NCBI RefSeq assembly: GCF_036971445.1
Contig: NC_091469.1
Location: 218,798,001-218,862,000 of the forward strand
Reading direction: 5' to 3'
Source: Narcine bancroftii
Lineage: Eukaryota
DNA length: 64,000 bases
Shown: positions 36,392-49,264 of the stretch, piece by piece
Numbering within the stretch: the stretch's first letter is position 1
How the letters are laid out: every line of letters starts with the position of its first letter
The notes under the pieces: generated by a model
What the model saw: the letters and a program-made list of their open reading frames with translations, nothing else
Told to the model about the DNA's origin: nothing
Databases searched by the model: none
Translations under genes and position numbers: made by a program

Positions 36392-37744
36392 GTGCTCAAG
36401 GACCACAAGTACCCCATGCATCAGAAGTTATGTGCCAGGTCTGAAATCTTCAAAACAACTTTTTTCTCCCCCCCACCCACACCAATTTACTAACAGCTGC
36501 TTTGGTGCATTGAAGCCAGGACACTGGGATGCAGCAGGAGCAGGCTGGTATCTCATGGATCACAACATCACAGTGACATAGAGCACTGAAACAGGCTCCT
36601 TGGCACATTGTACCTGATCAATCCAATTTTTCTGCTTATTTTCCCACCATCTCCCAGCCCCTCATCATCCCACATGGTTCAAGAATGCGTTAACCTTGAT
36701 TTCAAACTTGGCCTCAAGAGTGTGCAAGCATAAACATTGTCTGCATACTGAGACTTGGGTGTTCTTGGCTGTGGAGTGCAATCACCACTGGTTGACGATT
36801 TCCTCAAGTTCTGAAGCACAACTTCACTGCTTACTGAGTTGCAAGCATTACAAGAGTGAAGTTTTCACAACATTAAGAGTCTCCTTTACCCTAGCCCGCA
36901 GAGGACTTTGTTGATGCAATGCTGGCAAGATACCAAATGACACACCTCCAGCTACTGGTACTGCATGTTATGAACATCCAATAGGGTGCTTATCCACGTC
37001 ACTAGTGCTGTGAGCAGCCGCGCACTAATCGTGAGCAAGTGAAAATCTCAACTTGCATTCGTAACATTCCTTTCAGAATCTCAGATTGTACTTTTGAAGT
37101 GCTCTAATGCAGAAAATCCTGCAGATAATTTGCACGAAGCAAAATTATAATGACCAGATAATCACATTAAAGGCTTTAGGTTTAAATTCATTAAATGTTT
37201 GGTTGATGCTGAAGTGAAAGTTGAAACCACAGGAATGCAAGCCAAGAGGGGAGTGTTGTACTCCGAGCAACACTTGACAGGGTCTGCCCTCAGACCTCAA
37301 GAACTTTCCAGGGTCAGCAGCTGAAATCTCCGGCTGGTTTCGTACCAGCGCACTTGATCAGGATTACCAGCTGACACATCGTCATAATGGCTGGTGAAGT
37401 AATGTTAAATGCTTGACAGTAGTTGGAGTACTTGCACAGAACATGAACTAGTTCAGTGTTACGATTATGTAACCATGGTTCTTAAGATCTGGGTGCATCC
37501 GAACACTGAAGATCATGCACATAGAGGCCTGGATCATTTTGTTGTTTTGCTGCAAATTATCTGATTTAAACTTAGCTTTTCTAAAGGGTGATTGGGTATG
37601 AGTGAAAGTTGCTTAAGCTGTCTGGAATTTCAGGAATGGATTGCAGAATGTCTAGTACTTATTCCTCAAGTTCTGCATGGTATAAATCCTTTGAAATTGC
37701 CATTATTTGTTGTTGAAGGTATTAATCATCTTGAAGCTTAGGAA

Positions 37745-38520
37745 AAATGTACAGAGACCTGTGGCATGGAGTTAGGCTAACAACCTCTCCCTCAGTATCA
37801 ACACTAAGAAAGAGCTGGTCATTGACTTCAGGAAGCAGGGTGGGGAAAAATCCCATCTACATCAACTATGCTGAGGTGGTGATTGGAGAGGAGTTGAAGT
37901 TTTTTGGTCTGTTGATAGTGTATCAAGGTGTAAATATCAACTATCTGAACTGGTCCAAGCACGTTAATGCCATGGCCAAGAAAACACACCTGTGCTTCTC
38001 ACTCCTCAGAAGCCTCAAATTCCTCATGTTCCCAACTTCTCAAATTTTATAGATGCACAACAGAAAGTATCCCATCTGGATAGATGCACCACAGATTGTT
38101 ACAGGAACTGCTCTGCTCAAGGGTGTAAGAAACTGCAGCCAGTTGTGTACATAGTTCAGGCCATCCACAAAACAGTCCTGTCCTCCATCAGTTAAATCTA
38201 CACTTGTCAGGAAAGCAGCCAAAATATTAAAGGATCCATACTACCTCAGTCACACTCTCTTCTGGCTCCTCCCATCCGGCAGAAAAGTTTGAAAACATAC
38301 ACCTCCCATTTCAAGGAGTTTTCCCTTCATCCCAGTGCTATTAATTGCAATGGCAAAATGATGATGCCCTTGAACATTTTCTCCAATTATACTGTAGTCT
38401 ATATTTTTTTTAAGATTTTGAACTCGTTGTTGGAGTCAGTATGGGTTGACCTGCCTGGATAGCACGTGAAACAAAGTTTTTCATGGTACCTTGATACATG
38501 TGGCAATAATAAAATCAAAT
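37745..38520 (+). mobile_element. Rex1/Babar LINE 3' portion, decayed
   Basis: LNWSKHVNAMAKK, CYRNCSAQGCKKLQPVV and a GCAATAATAAAATCAA tail. Confidence 0.7.
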
Positions 38521-38574
38521 GCTACATAGCAGGGCTAACCAGAAACTATGGTTGGACACAAAGCTCCAAAGGTC

Positions 38575-38735
38575 ACGCCATCTGCAAACTTGATGACACT
38601 GTTGGAGCTGAATCTGATGATGCAGTCGTGGTTTTGTAGCATGAACAGGAGTGGGCTGAGCATACAGCCCTGAGGTGTGCCAGAGCTCAGCATCATGGTG
38701 CTCGACATTCTGCTATCAACCAGGACAGACTGTGG
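38575..38735 (-). mobile_element. Inverted Rex1/Babar RT fragment
   Basis: SSGTPQGCMLSPLLF...SVIKFAD; inverted homologue of 39520-39672. Confidence 0.8.
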
Positions 38736-38739
38736 TCTC

Positions 38740-41385
38740 ACTTCTCAGAGCTCAATATGCAGCCTTCATGACAGGAGGCAAGTTGGCACCAAGATCAGCC
38801 AGGGCTGAACTCTCCCATGCAATCCAGAAGGCAAACATAGAGGAATCCAGAATCAGCTGTCTGACACTGGCAACATGAGGGGCATGTGGCAAGGCATCAA
38901 AACAGATCACAAGAGAATCTTTGAGTCAACGACAGCGAAACCTCCCTTCTGGACAGACTGGACATCTTATGTAATCATTTTTTGATGAGAAGAGCAAACT
39001 GATGCCAAAAAAAGCCGTGTCCTCTTGAAGAGGAAAACCTTGTGTAGCTGCAGCAGAAGTGAGGAGGACCCCATCTAGGGTGAACCCCGCGAAGCAGATG
39101 GACCAACTGCAGAGGTCCTTATGGCGATCATCAAAATATTATTACAACAGTCTATCATTCCCACAGGTTTCAAGGGAGCCATTATCCTGGTGCTAAAGAG
39201 GATGACAGCAACAGGCCTCAACGGCTACTACCCAGCAGCACTAATCTCCACCATTTTTAAGAGCTTCAAGTATCTGGTGATTGAAAGCATCAAAGCACAC
39301 TTCCCAGAGACATTGGACCCATTTCAATTCACCTACAAATGGAACTATTCCATTGATGATGCTATAGTCTTGTCTCTCCACTCCATCCTGACCCACCTAG
39401 AGAATGACCTCAGATTCCAAGTTGTTGTTCATGGACTTTAGCTTAGCGTTTAATACAAGAAGCTATCCTTGCTGGGATTTACTTTTCTCCATCTCTAACT
39501 GGAATTCCTAACAAAGATGGCAGTCTGTCCTGGTCAACATCAGAATGTCAAGCACCATTACGCTGAGCACTGGCACACCTCAGGGCCGTGTACTCAGCCC
39601 ACACTCGCTCACGCTATAAAACCACGATTGCATCACCAGACTCAGCTCCAACAGTGTCATCAAGTTTGCAGATGACATGACAGTAGTCGACCTCATCAGC
39701 AACAACGTAGAAGAGGCGGAAGATGTCATGAAATGGAGCAAGAATAACAACACGAGTCTCAACGTGGCAAGACAAAGGAGATGATTGGGGACTTCAGGAG
39801 GACCAGTGGTGATCACCCTCGATGACATGAATAACTCTGTAGCAGAGAGAGTGGAGAACACAAAGTGTAGAGCATTGGATCAAGGATCAATCCACTGGAC
39901 CGTAAAAGTGTCAGGTCTCTGGGGTGTCCTCCCCCATAAGTGATTTACTGGATAATTGTTTAAGGGGGGAAAGGTTTGAGAAAGAGGGGAGGAGGCGGGA
40001 GGGGGGAGGAGGCAGGAGGGGGGAGGAGGCAGGAGGGGGGAGGAGGCGGGAGGGGGGAGGAGGCAGGAGGGGGGAGGAGGCAGGGGGGGAGGAGGCGGGA
40101 GGGGGAGGAGGCGGGAGGGGGAAAGGGGGAGGGGGAAAGGGGGAGGAGGGNNNNNNNNNNNNNNNNNNNNNNNNNNNNNNNNNNNNNNNNNNNNNNNNNN
40201 NNNNNNNNNNNNNNNNNNNNNNNNNNNNNNNNNNNNNNNNNNNNNNNNNNNNNNNNNNNNNNNNNNNNNNNNNNNNNNNNNNNNNNNNNNNNNNNNNNNN
40301 NNNNNNNNNNNNNNATGTGGAGGAGGTGATCACTGATCCTCACTGATTATGATCTGCCAGATAGGAGGTTGAGGATGTCGACGCAGAGGGTGGGTGGGGT
40401 TCCGAGAAAGGTCTCAGAGCTTGTGGATGAGGGGGGAAGGAGGGATGGGGAAAGAGGGTGGGGGGAAAGAGGGAGGGGGAAGGAGAGGGGGAAGGGAGAG
40501 GAGGAAGGGAGAGGGGGAAGGGAGAGAGGGNNNNNNNNNNNNNNNNNNNNNNNNNNNNNNNNNNNNNNNNNNNNNNNNNNNNNNNNNNNNNNNNNNNNNN
40601 NNNNNNNNNNNNNNNNNNNNNNNNNNNNNNNNNNNNNNNNNNNNNNNNNNNNNNNNNNNNNNNNNNNNNNNNNNNNNNNNNNNNNNNNNNNNNNNNNNNN
40701 NNNNNNNNNNNNNNNNNNNNNNNNNNNNNNNNNNNNNNNNNNNNNNNNNNNNNNNNNNNNNNNNNNNNNNNNNNNNNGGAAGGGGAAAGGAAGGGGGGAA
40801 AGGAAGGGGGGAAGGAAGGGGGAAAGGAAGGGGGAAAGGAAGGGGGGAAAGGAAGAGGGAAAGGAAGGGGGGAAAGGAAGGGGGTAAAGGAAGGGGGGTA
40901 AAGGAAGGGGGGAAAGGAAGAGGGGAAAGGAAGGGGGGAAGGAGGGGAGAAGGAGGGAAGGAGGGGGAAGGAGGGGGAAGGAGGGGGGAAGGAGGGGGAA
41001 GGAGGGGGGAAGGAGGGGGGAAGGAGGGGGGAAAGAAGGATAGATGGAGGATAGATGGATAAAGCAGGGATGACCCCCACCACCCTGCAGACAGCATCTT
41101 CCAGCTTCTCCCATTGGGAAAGAAAGAGATACAGAAATATCAGAGCCAGAGCCACCAGACTGAGGAACAGCTTCTTCCCACAGGCAGTTAGACTGGTAAA
41201 ACAATTTTTTGTGACTTGACTATGTATAATAATATTTTTATATTCATGTACATGTGTTTATGTATCATTTGTCTGTGTGTTGTGTACTGCGTTTTGCACA
41301 GTTCTGCACCATCATCCGGAAAATGCTGTTTTGTCGGGTTGTACTGGTACAATGGAATGACAAATAAACAAACTACATATTTCAA
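38740..41385 (+). mobile_element. Rex1/Babar LINE, decayed, interrupted by purine-rich tracts and gaps
   Basis: MWQGIK, LDPFQF, GTPQG, IKFADD; resumes at ~41070 with DDPHHP...RLRNSFFPQAVRL. Confidence 0.8.
39965..41050. repeat. Polypurine low-complexity tracts ((GGAGG/GGAAGG)n) with N gaps at 40151-40314 and 40531-40777
   Basis: Directly visible. A short minus-strand Rex fragment lies at ~40315-40430. Confidence 0.95.
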
Positions 41386-44300
41386 TTAACCAATGTACAT
41401 GCTGCTAGGAAGGTTGTGTTCTGCTTGGTTGGACTAGCCTGCAGTATCAGAATCTGATGGAAACTGAGCTCTCATCTGCTCTCCACACCTTCTAATAATT
41501 ATCAGAGTATCTCCAATATTCATCCATGCAGAAGGTTGTAATTGTAACTTTCTCGTGAGCAAGGCACGTTGAATTTCAATTACTTAGAGCTGCATTTGAT
41601 CCAATCAACAATGCATCAGCCAGAGGGTAAAGGAAAATTTGTAACAGCCAGCTTTCATTTGCCTGGGCATCTTGATGAAAGAGCTGGCCAATGTGGCCTT
41701 AAATAACACACACCAGCTGCCCACTTGAAATGGGCAATGAGGCAGGGGTAGGCAGAGGAATGTGATTGTATGGCCGACAGAAGAGCCTGTCAAGTCTCCG
41801 ATACGATGGGAAGAGCCTTGGATTGAAAGGTGGGGGGGGGGGAGTGTTGGTGGTGGGAAGCTCTTGGCAGTCAAAGCCCAATATTAACGCCTCAAGGATT
41901 ATTCCTTCTCCTTCCATAATCATAAAGTCAGCTCTGCTGGTCTGATCACATCTTTTGCATGCACCACCACTACATAAAGATGGCATTTCTGCATTCTTGA
42001 TCCATAGCCTTTCAAGCAAACGTGACAGCAGAGTGCTGTCGACCAGATACATAGCCCAAGGATGTTTGGTAGAAAGTGATGCTGAATACTACATACAGAT
42101 GTGAACAATGCAAAACTCTCAGCTCAGTTCCTTTGTAGCCCTTTCACTTCACAATATTCCATCCAGCACCGATTCAAATAGCAATTCCATGTTAAAACCT
42201 GAATTTACTGACCACATTAAGAGGATTGGATATAGCGAATCATTAAAACCTTCCTTCACTTGTTTTGTGACGTGATCAGAAATGTGAAAAACTGTGTCTC
42301 TCCACAAATGCTGCTTGACCGTTTCACATTTAAAAAAAAAATTTCAGATCACCAGAATTCACCAACCTTTGATTTTATTATTTAAATGCAAGATTGAATG
42401 GAATGTGTCTTGGAAATGCCAACTCTATTTTCCAGAGTAAATATAGCTCAAACTTCATCTTGTTGATCATCACTGAGCAAGCAGCCGATCTCTTTAAGGG
42501 CAGCATATACATCAGGTATGCCCGAGTTTTTTTTTCCCCAGGACAAATTGATCATATTGTTGGACTTTATTTACTTCTGGGGTGGGGTGGGGGGGGGAGA
42601 GAGAAAAAGTCTATTATGTGTTTCAGCCAAGGGTACTGCATACAGATTATTGACCTTTGACCTTTATCTATGTAGTAGGCACATCTTGGTTATACTGAAC
42701 CATCAGCCTTCCATGTTGGAGGCAAGGAAAATGTAGACCCAACTAATAGAACCACGCCACCAAATTTCTAAACCAATATGCTTTCATGCTGTGACTTGGT
42801 GGATAAATATAGAATAAAACAACATTTCTCTTCTTTCAACATTGTACAGCCACTGGAGAACACAAATGAGCATAGGCTTTGATGTCTCATCACAAAGGAA
42901 CTGAAATGGCAGGGCTTGGAATCACCAAGGTGCAGACCATACTGCCCATCAAGACCTTGCTGGCTAGATTATAGAACATTTCAGCTCAACCCAGCCTTGC
43001 ATTTTTTTTTCCTTCACGCATCCAACAGACTCGACTATATTTGGCTCCACTGCTCTTGCTAATACATTTTAAAACCGAATCACTTGGTATGCAAAAAAAC
43101 CTCGTATCAGGTTTTTCCCAATCATCTTTATTCTATTTGCCCTTCTTTCTGACCTCTCTGCCAACCTGAACAAAAATCTTTCTGTGTATTCTGGGGTTTC
43201 AATGACTATAAGTTTTCCTGCAGAAGCCTCATTCCCAACAGGAACAGCCCAAGATTATCCAGTCTACCCACAAAACAAAGGTGTCTTATCCGTTAAATTA
43301 TTTTCGCAAGCCTTCAGTTACAGGCTTCAGGTATAACTACTGCTACTGAGACAAAATTCAGGGCTTAAGATAAACCTACCATTATTGTTACGAACCACTA
43401 CATTTAGAATGTAACATGTATGAGTCAAGAATGGAATTTCAGTCTTCCAGAGGGAGATGGACTGAATGGTGGATGACCACCAACTGAAAACCATGTTCCC
43501 CTACCTGGACAACATGACCATCTGTGACCATGACGCCAACCTGCAAAAGTTCCTCCAGACAGCAAAAGCCTAAACTTCACTCATGACCAGAAGAAATGAA
43601 TGTTCTGCACTTCGTATCTGACTATACTAGGGCACGTGGTGGAGAATGGAGTCATTTGACCTTACCCTGAGCGTATGTGGCCCCTGCTGGAACTCCCATT
43701 CCCCCATAACCTCAAGGACCTGAAAAGGTGCCTGGGGTTCTTTTCATACAATGGGCCCCAAATTATGCAGGCAAAGCCCGCTCCCTGGTTAAAAATTAAT
43801 ACTTTTCCCCATCTGCAGAGGCCCAAGTGGCCTTCACTTGCATCAAAGGCAACTTTGCCAAGGTGGCGATGCATGCCATAGACAAATCCATCCCATTTCA
43901 GGTGGAGAGCAATGCGTCTGACTTTGCCCTGGCTGCCACGCTGAACCAGGCAGACAAACCATGGCATTTTTCTCCCATAACCTCCAGGGCCCTAAACTCC
44001 AGCACTCAGTCATTGAAAAAGAGGCCCAGGCCATAATGAAAGCTGTGCGCCACTGGAGGCATTATCTAGCTGGCAAACTGTTCACCCTGCTGACTGACCA
44101 ACATGAGATCGCATTCATGTTCAACAACAAACAGGGGGGATAATTTAAGAATGACAAGAACCAGAACTCTCCACCTACAATTATAAGATTTTTGTACCGG
44201 CCCAGGAAGCCCTGTCACATGGTATCTGCACCAATGTGCAAGCAGATCGCCTCTCAGCCCTACACAGCAGCCTCTGCCACTCCGGGCTCAATCACTTAGT

Positions 44301-45421
44301 GAGAGTCCAAAACCTCCCGTACTCTGTTGAGGACATCAGGGAGCTGACCCACAGCTGCCTGGCCTGCGCACAGTGCAAGCCGCACTTCTACCAGCCAGAG
44401 AAAGCTCACCTGATTGATGCCACCCTCTCCTTCATATGTGCAAGTATGGATTTCAAGGACCCCCTCCCTTCTATGAACCAGAGCGTGCATTTTCTCAAAC
44501 GTTGATGAATGCTCACAATTCCCATTCGCCATCCCCTGCCCAAATACGACTACACCCATTATCTTAAGTCCCTGCGTAACCTCTTCACGGTCTTTGGATT
44601 CCCGAGTCATATTCACATTGACTGGGCGGGTCCTCATTTATGAGCGAGGAGTTGCGCAATACCTACTGGCCAAAGGCATAGCCATGAGCAAGACCACCAG
44701 CTATAACCCCTGAGGGAATGGCCAGGTGGAAAGGGAGAACGGCTCCATTTAGAGGGCAGTTCTCCTGGGCCTCGTCAAAAGGGCTGCCTGTCTCCCAGTG
44801 GCAAGAGGTCCTACCAGAGACATTCCACGCCACCAGGTCCCTCCTCTGTACAGTGAGGAATGTGACCCTGCATGAAAAATTATTTTCCTTCCCCAGGAGA
44901 TCACATTGGGAACAATGCTACTGGTTTGGCTGATGACGCCAGGACCTGTGCTACTCTGGAGACACACCAGAACCCACAACGCAGACCCCCCCGATCGTGA
45001 AAGTCCACCTCCTCCATGCAAACCCCGAGTATGCCTACATGCAGAACCAGGATGGGCAGAGAGACATTGTCTCTGTCCATGATCTATCTTATACTGGGCA
45101 CCACCCCCAATTGAAAAGCACACTGAACTGACCATGGTTGAATGACCAGCTCCACTCCCCATCCCCAGAACTAGCATAGACACAGTCAAGGATGTGACCC
45201 CACCACCCACCCACCCACTTCCCCAAACCAGCTTCAATTGATTCTATTCTTCCATCTGAATCGCAGCCCGTCAGAGCACTGCCCAGGAGCCTACAGCAAC
45301 ACTGCAGCCAGCACTCCGATGGTCAGTTCGACGGACGAAACCGCTGGACAGGCTAAACAAACTCTAACACTTCACCCCGCCGGATATTATTTCAAGAGAA
45401 GGGGTGAATGTGGTGGAACAT

Positions 45422-48249
45422 TGTGGTGAAAGGCATTTGAACAGATGTATGGACTGGCCAGTCCAAACCTCCCTGACCTTCCTTAACCTCTAGCTTAGCT
45501 CCCCCCTGGATTTCCTAATAAAAGCTGGTGTAGCCAGACTTGCCCCCTCTTGCTCCTGTATCTGGAACCAGGCCAAGTCGTGTATCAGTAATGCTCAAGT
45601 TTTTGGTAATTAAACCTGATTCCATCACATCGAAGTGATGATTGTGTGGTTCACAATTTAATTACCAAAACAAAAGTCATGGAAGCTCAAACAACAGGAC
45701 AAGGTAGCAGCGATCGGGAAGATGCCCAGTTAACCCAGCCACTTGGTGTAGAGGTGGACGTACTGTACCCTTCGGGTCTGCATCAACTCTTCAGCGGGTA
45801 ACAGGAGAGGTTTTCCAGCTGACCAGCCGCTCCCTTCGCGAGGCCGCCGCATGGGACGCAGCCGCTCCCTTCACGAGGCCGCCGCATGGGATGCAGCCGC
45901 TCCCTTCGCGAGGCCGCCTCATGGGACGCAGCCGCTCCCTTCGCGAGGCCGCCGCATGGGACGCAGCCGCTCCCTTCGCGAGGCCGCCGCATGGGACGCA
46001 GCCGCTCCCTTCGCGAGGCCGCCGCATGGGACGCAGCCACTCCCTTCGCGAGGCCGCCGCATGGGACGCAGACATTATTGTGCCATCACAACCTAAGGAA
46101 GGCTGGAGATAAGAACGATTTCCTGTTTGCATCTGTAGACGATTGGGTGTTTTGAATAATTACAGATGGCCGAACATAGGATGAAGCGATGGCCCTGTTG
46201 CAGAAGCAGTACGGAACCCTGACAAACCCAATGTATGTGAGGTACAAATTAATGTCCTAGCATCAAGCCCCTGGGGACCCTTTTGCACAGATCACGCAGG
46301 TGATAAGAGATCTGGTTAGAGCCTGCATGTATACTCTGGTGAGTGCCTCAGTGTATGCCAATTAGCTGTTGCGGGACAGACTGATGACAAACATGCTATC
46401 GACCTACGTCCGTCAAAGACTCCTGGAAAAAGGTAACTGCATGTTGCAAGAAGTAATGGATTTGGGGGGAGGCGATGGAGACTGCGGTGCAAAGCTGTGA
46501 GGCTTACACCCCCAACGGTCGGGCATCTACATGGGTAACTTGGGCGCCACCATGTTGGGATATGGCATTGACGGTAGTGGCCGTCAAGTGCAGGTTCTGC
46601 AGGCTGGCCAGGCACCCCCGGATGTCCTGCTCAGCCAGGAACGCAGTGTGCTTAAATTGCAAAAAAGGGCACTATGCAAAGATGTGCAGGGACAGCCCAC
46701 TGCTAGCAGCACCACGCGTGATTCGAGGGATGGGTAACATCTTTGGGGGAGTGGTCACCAAGATGACGATCACCAACATCATTTTTGGCTTCGGATCAGT
46801 GATCGCTAACTTCACTTTCGGTCCCAGCCATGTGTGAGTACTGGGGGTAGCCATCTTCTGAGGCGCCGAGTCCGACACATTACCATCAGGAATGGTACAA
46901 TGGTGACCCTGAATTGGACCCAACTCTGACCTCCGTGACGCTGGATCAGAACACGCCTCACCAGCTGGCATGATCAATGATCAACATTAAGGTTAATGGC
47001 CATGTCATGGGTTGTTTGTTTGACACAGGAAGCACCAAACGTTTTATCCACCTGGGCTTAATAAAGTGCTGTGCACTGAAGGTGTCTCCGGAAAAATGCC
47101 AAATATCCCTGGCTTGTTAAGCCATGTCTGCAGAGACGTGTGGGTACTGTCAGATAGACTTAAGGGTGCAGGGCAGGGAGTACAGGGATTTTAAAATCAT
47201 GGCAATGCCCTAACTCTGCACACCGGTTATTCTGGGGTTAGACTTCCAGTGTCAGCTGGAAAGTGTAATGATGCATTTTGACAGTCCACACCCCCCATCA
47301 AAGTGCAGAACGAGGAATTTAGCCCAGCCAATGAGAGTAAGGTGGGAAGCATGTGTGGGCTGTCCACCCTTTTGGTCCCTCCACTTATCAGAGAATTGCA
47401 GACCGATAGCCGCCAAAAGCAGGAGATCTAGCGCGGAGGACGCATGTTTTATTAAAACTGAAGTCCAGACGCTGTTGACCTAAGGCATAATTGAGCCCAA
47501 CAACAGCCCCTGGAGAGCGCAGATGTTGGTGGTAAAAGCCGAGGGTGGGGTGGGGGTTGGGTGGGGTGCTGAAGAACTGGATGGCAAGACTGCAGCCAGA
47601 CTGTGGATAGATTTATGTTACCGGATGTCTACCCCCTACCCCGAATTGCCGACATGGTGAACGAGATAGCCCAAAATAGGGCCTTCTCCAACGTAGACCT
47701 CAAGTCGGCATAGGATCAGATCCCAACCCACCCAGAGGACAGGACTAACATGGCTTTTGAAGCTGACAGCTGACTATATCAGTTCTGCAAGGTGCCATTC
47801 AGTCTGAAGAATGGGGTATCTGTGTTGCAAAGGTAGATGGACTGCATGGCAGATGATCTCAAGCTAAAGGCAATGTTCCTGTATTTGGATAACGTCACCA
47901 TATGTGGTCATGACGTGGAGGAACACGATACGGATCTAAGGGAATTCGTCGCCGGGGCAAAAACCCTAAACCTGACGTATAATCAGAAGAAGTGCGTGTT
48001 CCACACTTCACGGCTGGCGATACTAGGGTACATGGTGGAGGGAGGAATCAGGTCCCCAAACCCTGAGAGAATGCGCCCCCTAAGGGAACTACCATTGTCC
48101 TAGAACCTGAAAGCCCTGAAAAGGTGCCTTGGGTTCTTTTATTATTATGCCCAATGGGGCCCCAATTATGCAGACAAGGCCCAGCTATTAGCGAAGTCAA
48201 CAGACATCCACCCCCATCAGCAGAGGCTCATAAAGTGCCTTTCACCACA
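45422..48249 (+). mobile_element. Gypsy G4 (5' LTR 45422-45655, gag, protease, RT) nested in the G3 LTR
   Basis: Perfect TSD AACAT (45417-45421, 48250-48254); CRFC..H..C..C..C..GH gag knuckles, CLFDTGS, YLDN at 47882. Confidence 0.9.
45824..46071. repeat. 35-bp GC-rich minisatellite, 7 copies
   Basis: Unit CAGCCGCTCCCTTCGCGAGGCCGCCGCATGGGACG, head-to-tail with only a few substitutions. Confidence 0.97.
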
Positions 48250-48489
48250 AACATGGTATTGCAGCCATTGTACCGGTTGGCCCGCCCCTGACACTGTAAC
48301 TCCTCCCCCTCCAGGATTCCTAATAAAGGTGGTATCGCCCAATCACCTCCCTCAGTACTGCCGTGGAATCGGGCCAACAGCATGTAAGCTATGACTAAGT
48401 TTGTAGCAATTAAAGCCTATTAACCTCAATGTCTGGTCTGTCAGGTCTAGTTGATAGCACTACAAATGCCCTGGTGAAGCCATTCCAAA

Positions 48490-49250
48490 GCCTCTTCATC
48501 CTTCCTATAGTATGGCAACCAGATATGCACATTATACTCCACGTGTGGAATAACCTCAAATTTATGCAGCTGTGAAGTTTCTTCCTAATTTTTGTCCTCA
48601 ATATCCTGACCACTGAAGGCAAACATGCTCTATGCAACCTATCACCCGTGTTGCACTTTCAGGGAGAATGGACATGCATCCCAAAATCCATCCAAACAAT
48701 AATGCACCCGAGGGTCCTGCCAATTATTTCATACATTCCTCTTGCACTTGACCTAAAAAATTCAGCACCTCACACATTATTGGATTAAACGCCATCTGCC
48801 ATTTCTCCACCCATATTTCCATCTGCGCTTTAACCTGCTGAACCTGGTGACAATCTATAGCACACTTTATATCACACTGTAAAACAAGCTGTAGAAAAAA
48901 AATTAGGCCATTTGGCTCATCAAGTCTGTTCCACCATTTGAATTTTGTAAATTTTGTATCATCTGCAAACTTACTAATCAGACCATTACATTTTCATAAA
49001 TAATCATTAATTTTTATTACAAACAACAGCACTGAACCTTGTGGAACACCACAGTTGATAGACTTTCAGTCAGAACAGCACCCCTCTGCCACTACCCTTT
49101 GGACTCCAATGCAAATTACCAACTCACTATGGACCCCAAGTGACTGGATCTTCTGGGCCAGGCTACCATGAAGAGCCCTGTGCTTTCCCAAAGACCATAG
49201 AGATAACATGCACTGTTCTCCCCTCATCTTGACAACACCCTCAGAAAATT
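48490..49250 (-). mobile_element. CR1 LINE RT fragment(s)
   Basis: Reverse complements of ISKFADDTK (48950-48980) and WQMAFN (48785-48805). Confidence 0.7.
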
Positions 49251-49264
49251 TAAATTACCTTTTT

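Larger units (their letters stand above)
43425..48464 (+). mobile_element. Gypsy G3, 5'-truncated (RT, RNase H, integrase, PPT); 3' LTR split by G4 into 45409-45421 and 48255-48464
   Basis: YLDN at 43502, VESNASD, IEKEAQA, integrase, PPT AAGAGAAGGGGTGAA. The rejoined LTR matches the solo LTR at 59714-59862. Confidence 0.9.

Noticed and set aside
39911-41204. Long Pro- or Gly-rich ORFs
   Set aside because: Artefacts of low-complexity purine tracts and N gaps.
45824-46071. 35-bp repeats as a CRISPR array
   Set aside because: The units are contiguous with no unique spacers, there are no cas genes, and the context is a eukaryotic retroelement.
43425-48249. Tandem Gypsy pair sharing one LTR / circular permutation
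   Set aside because: TSD AACAT and the solo LTR at 59714 show that G4 is nested in the G3 LTR; the overlapping RT regions are divergent.
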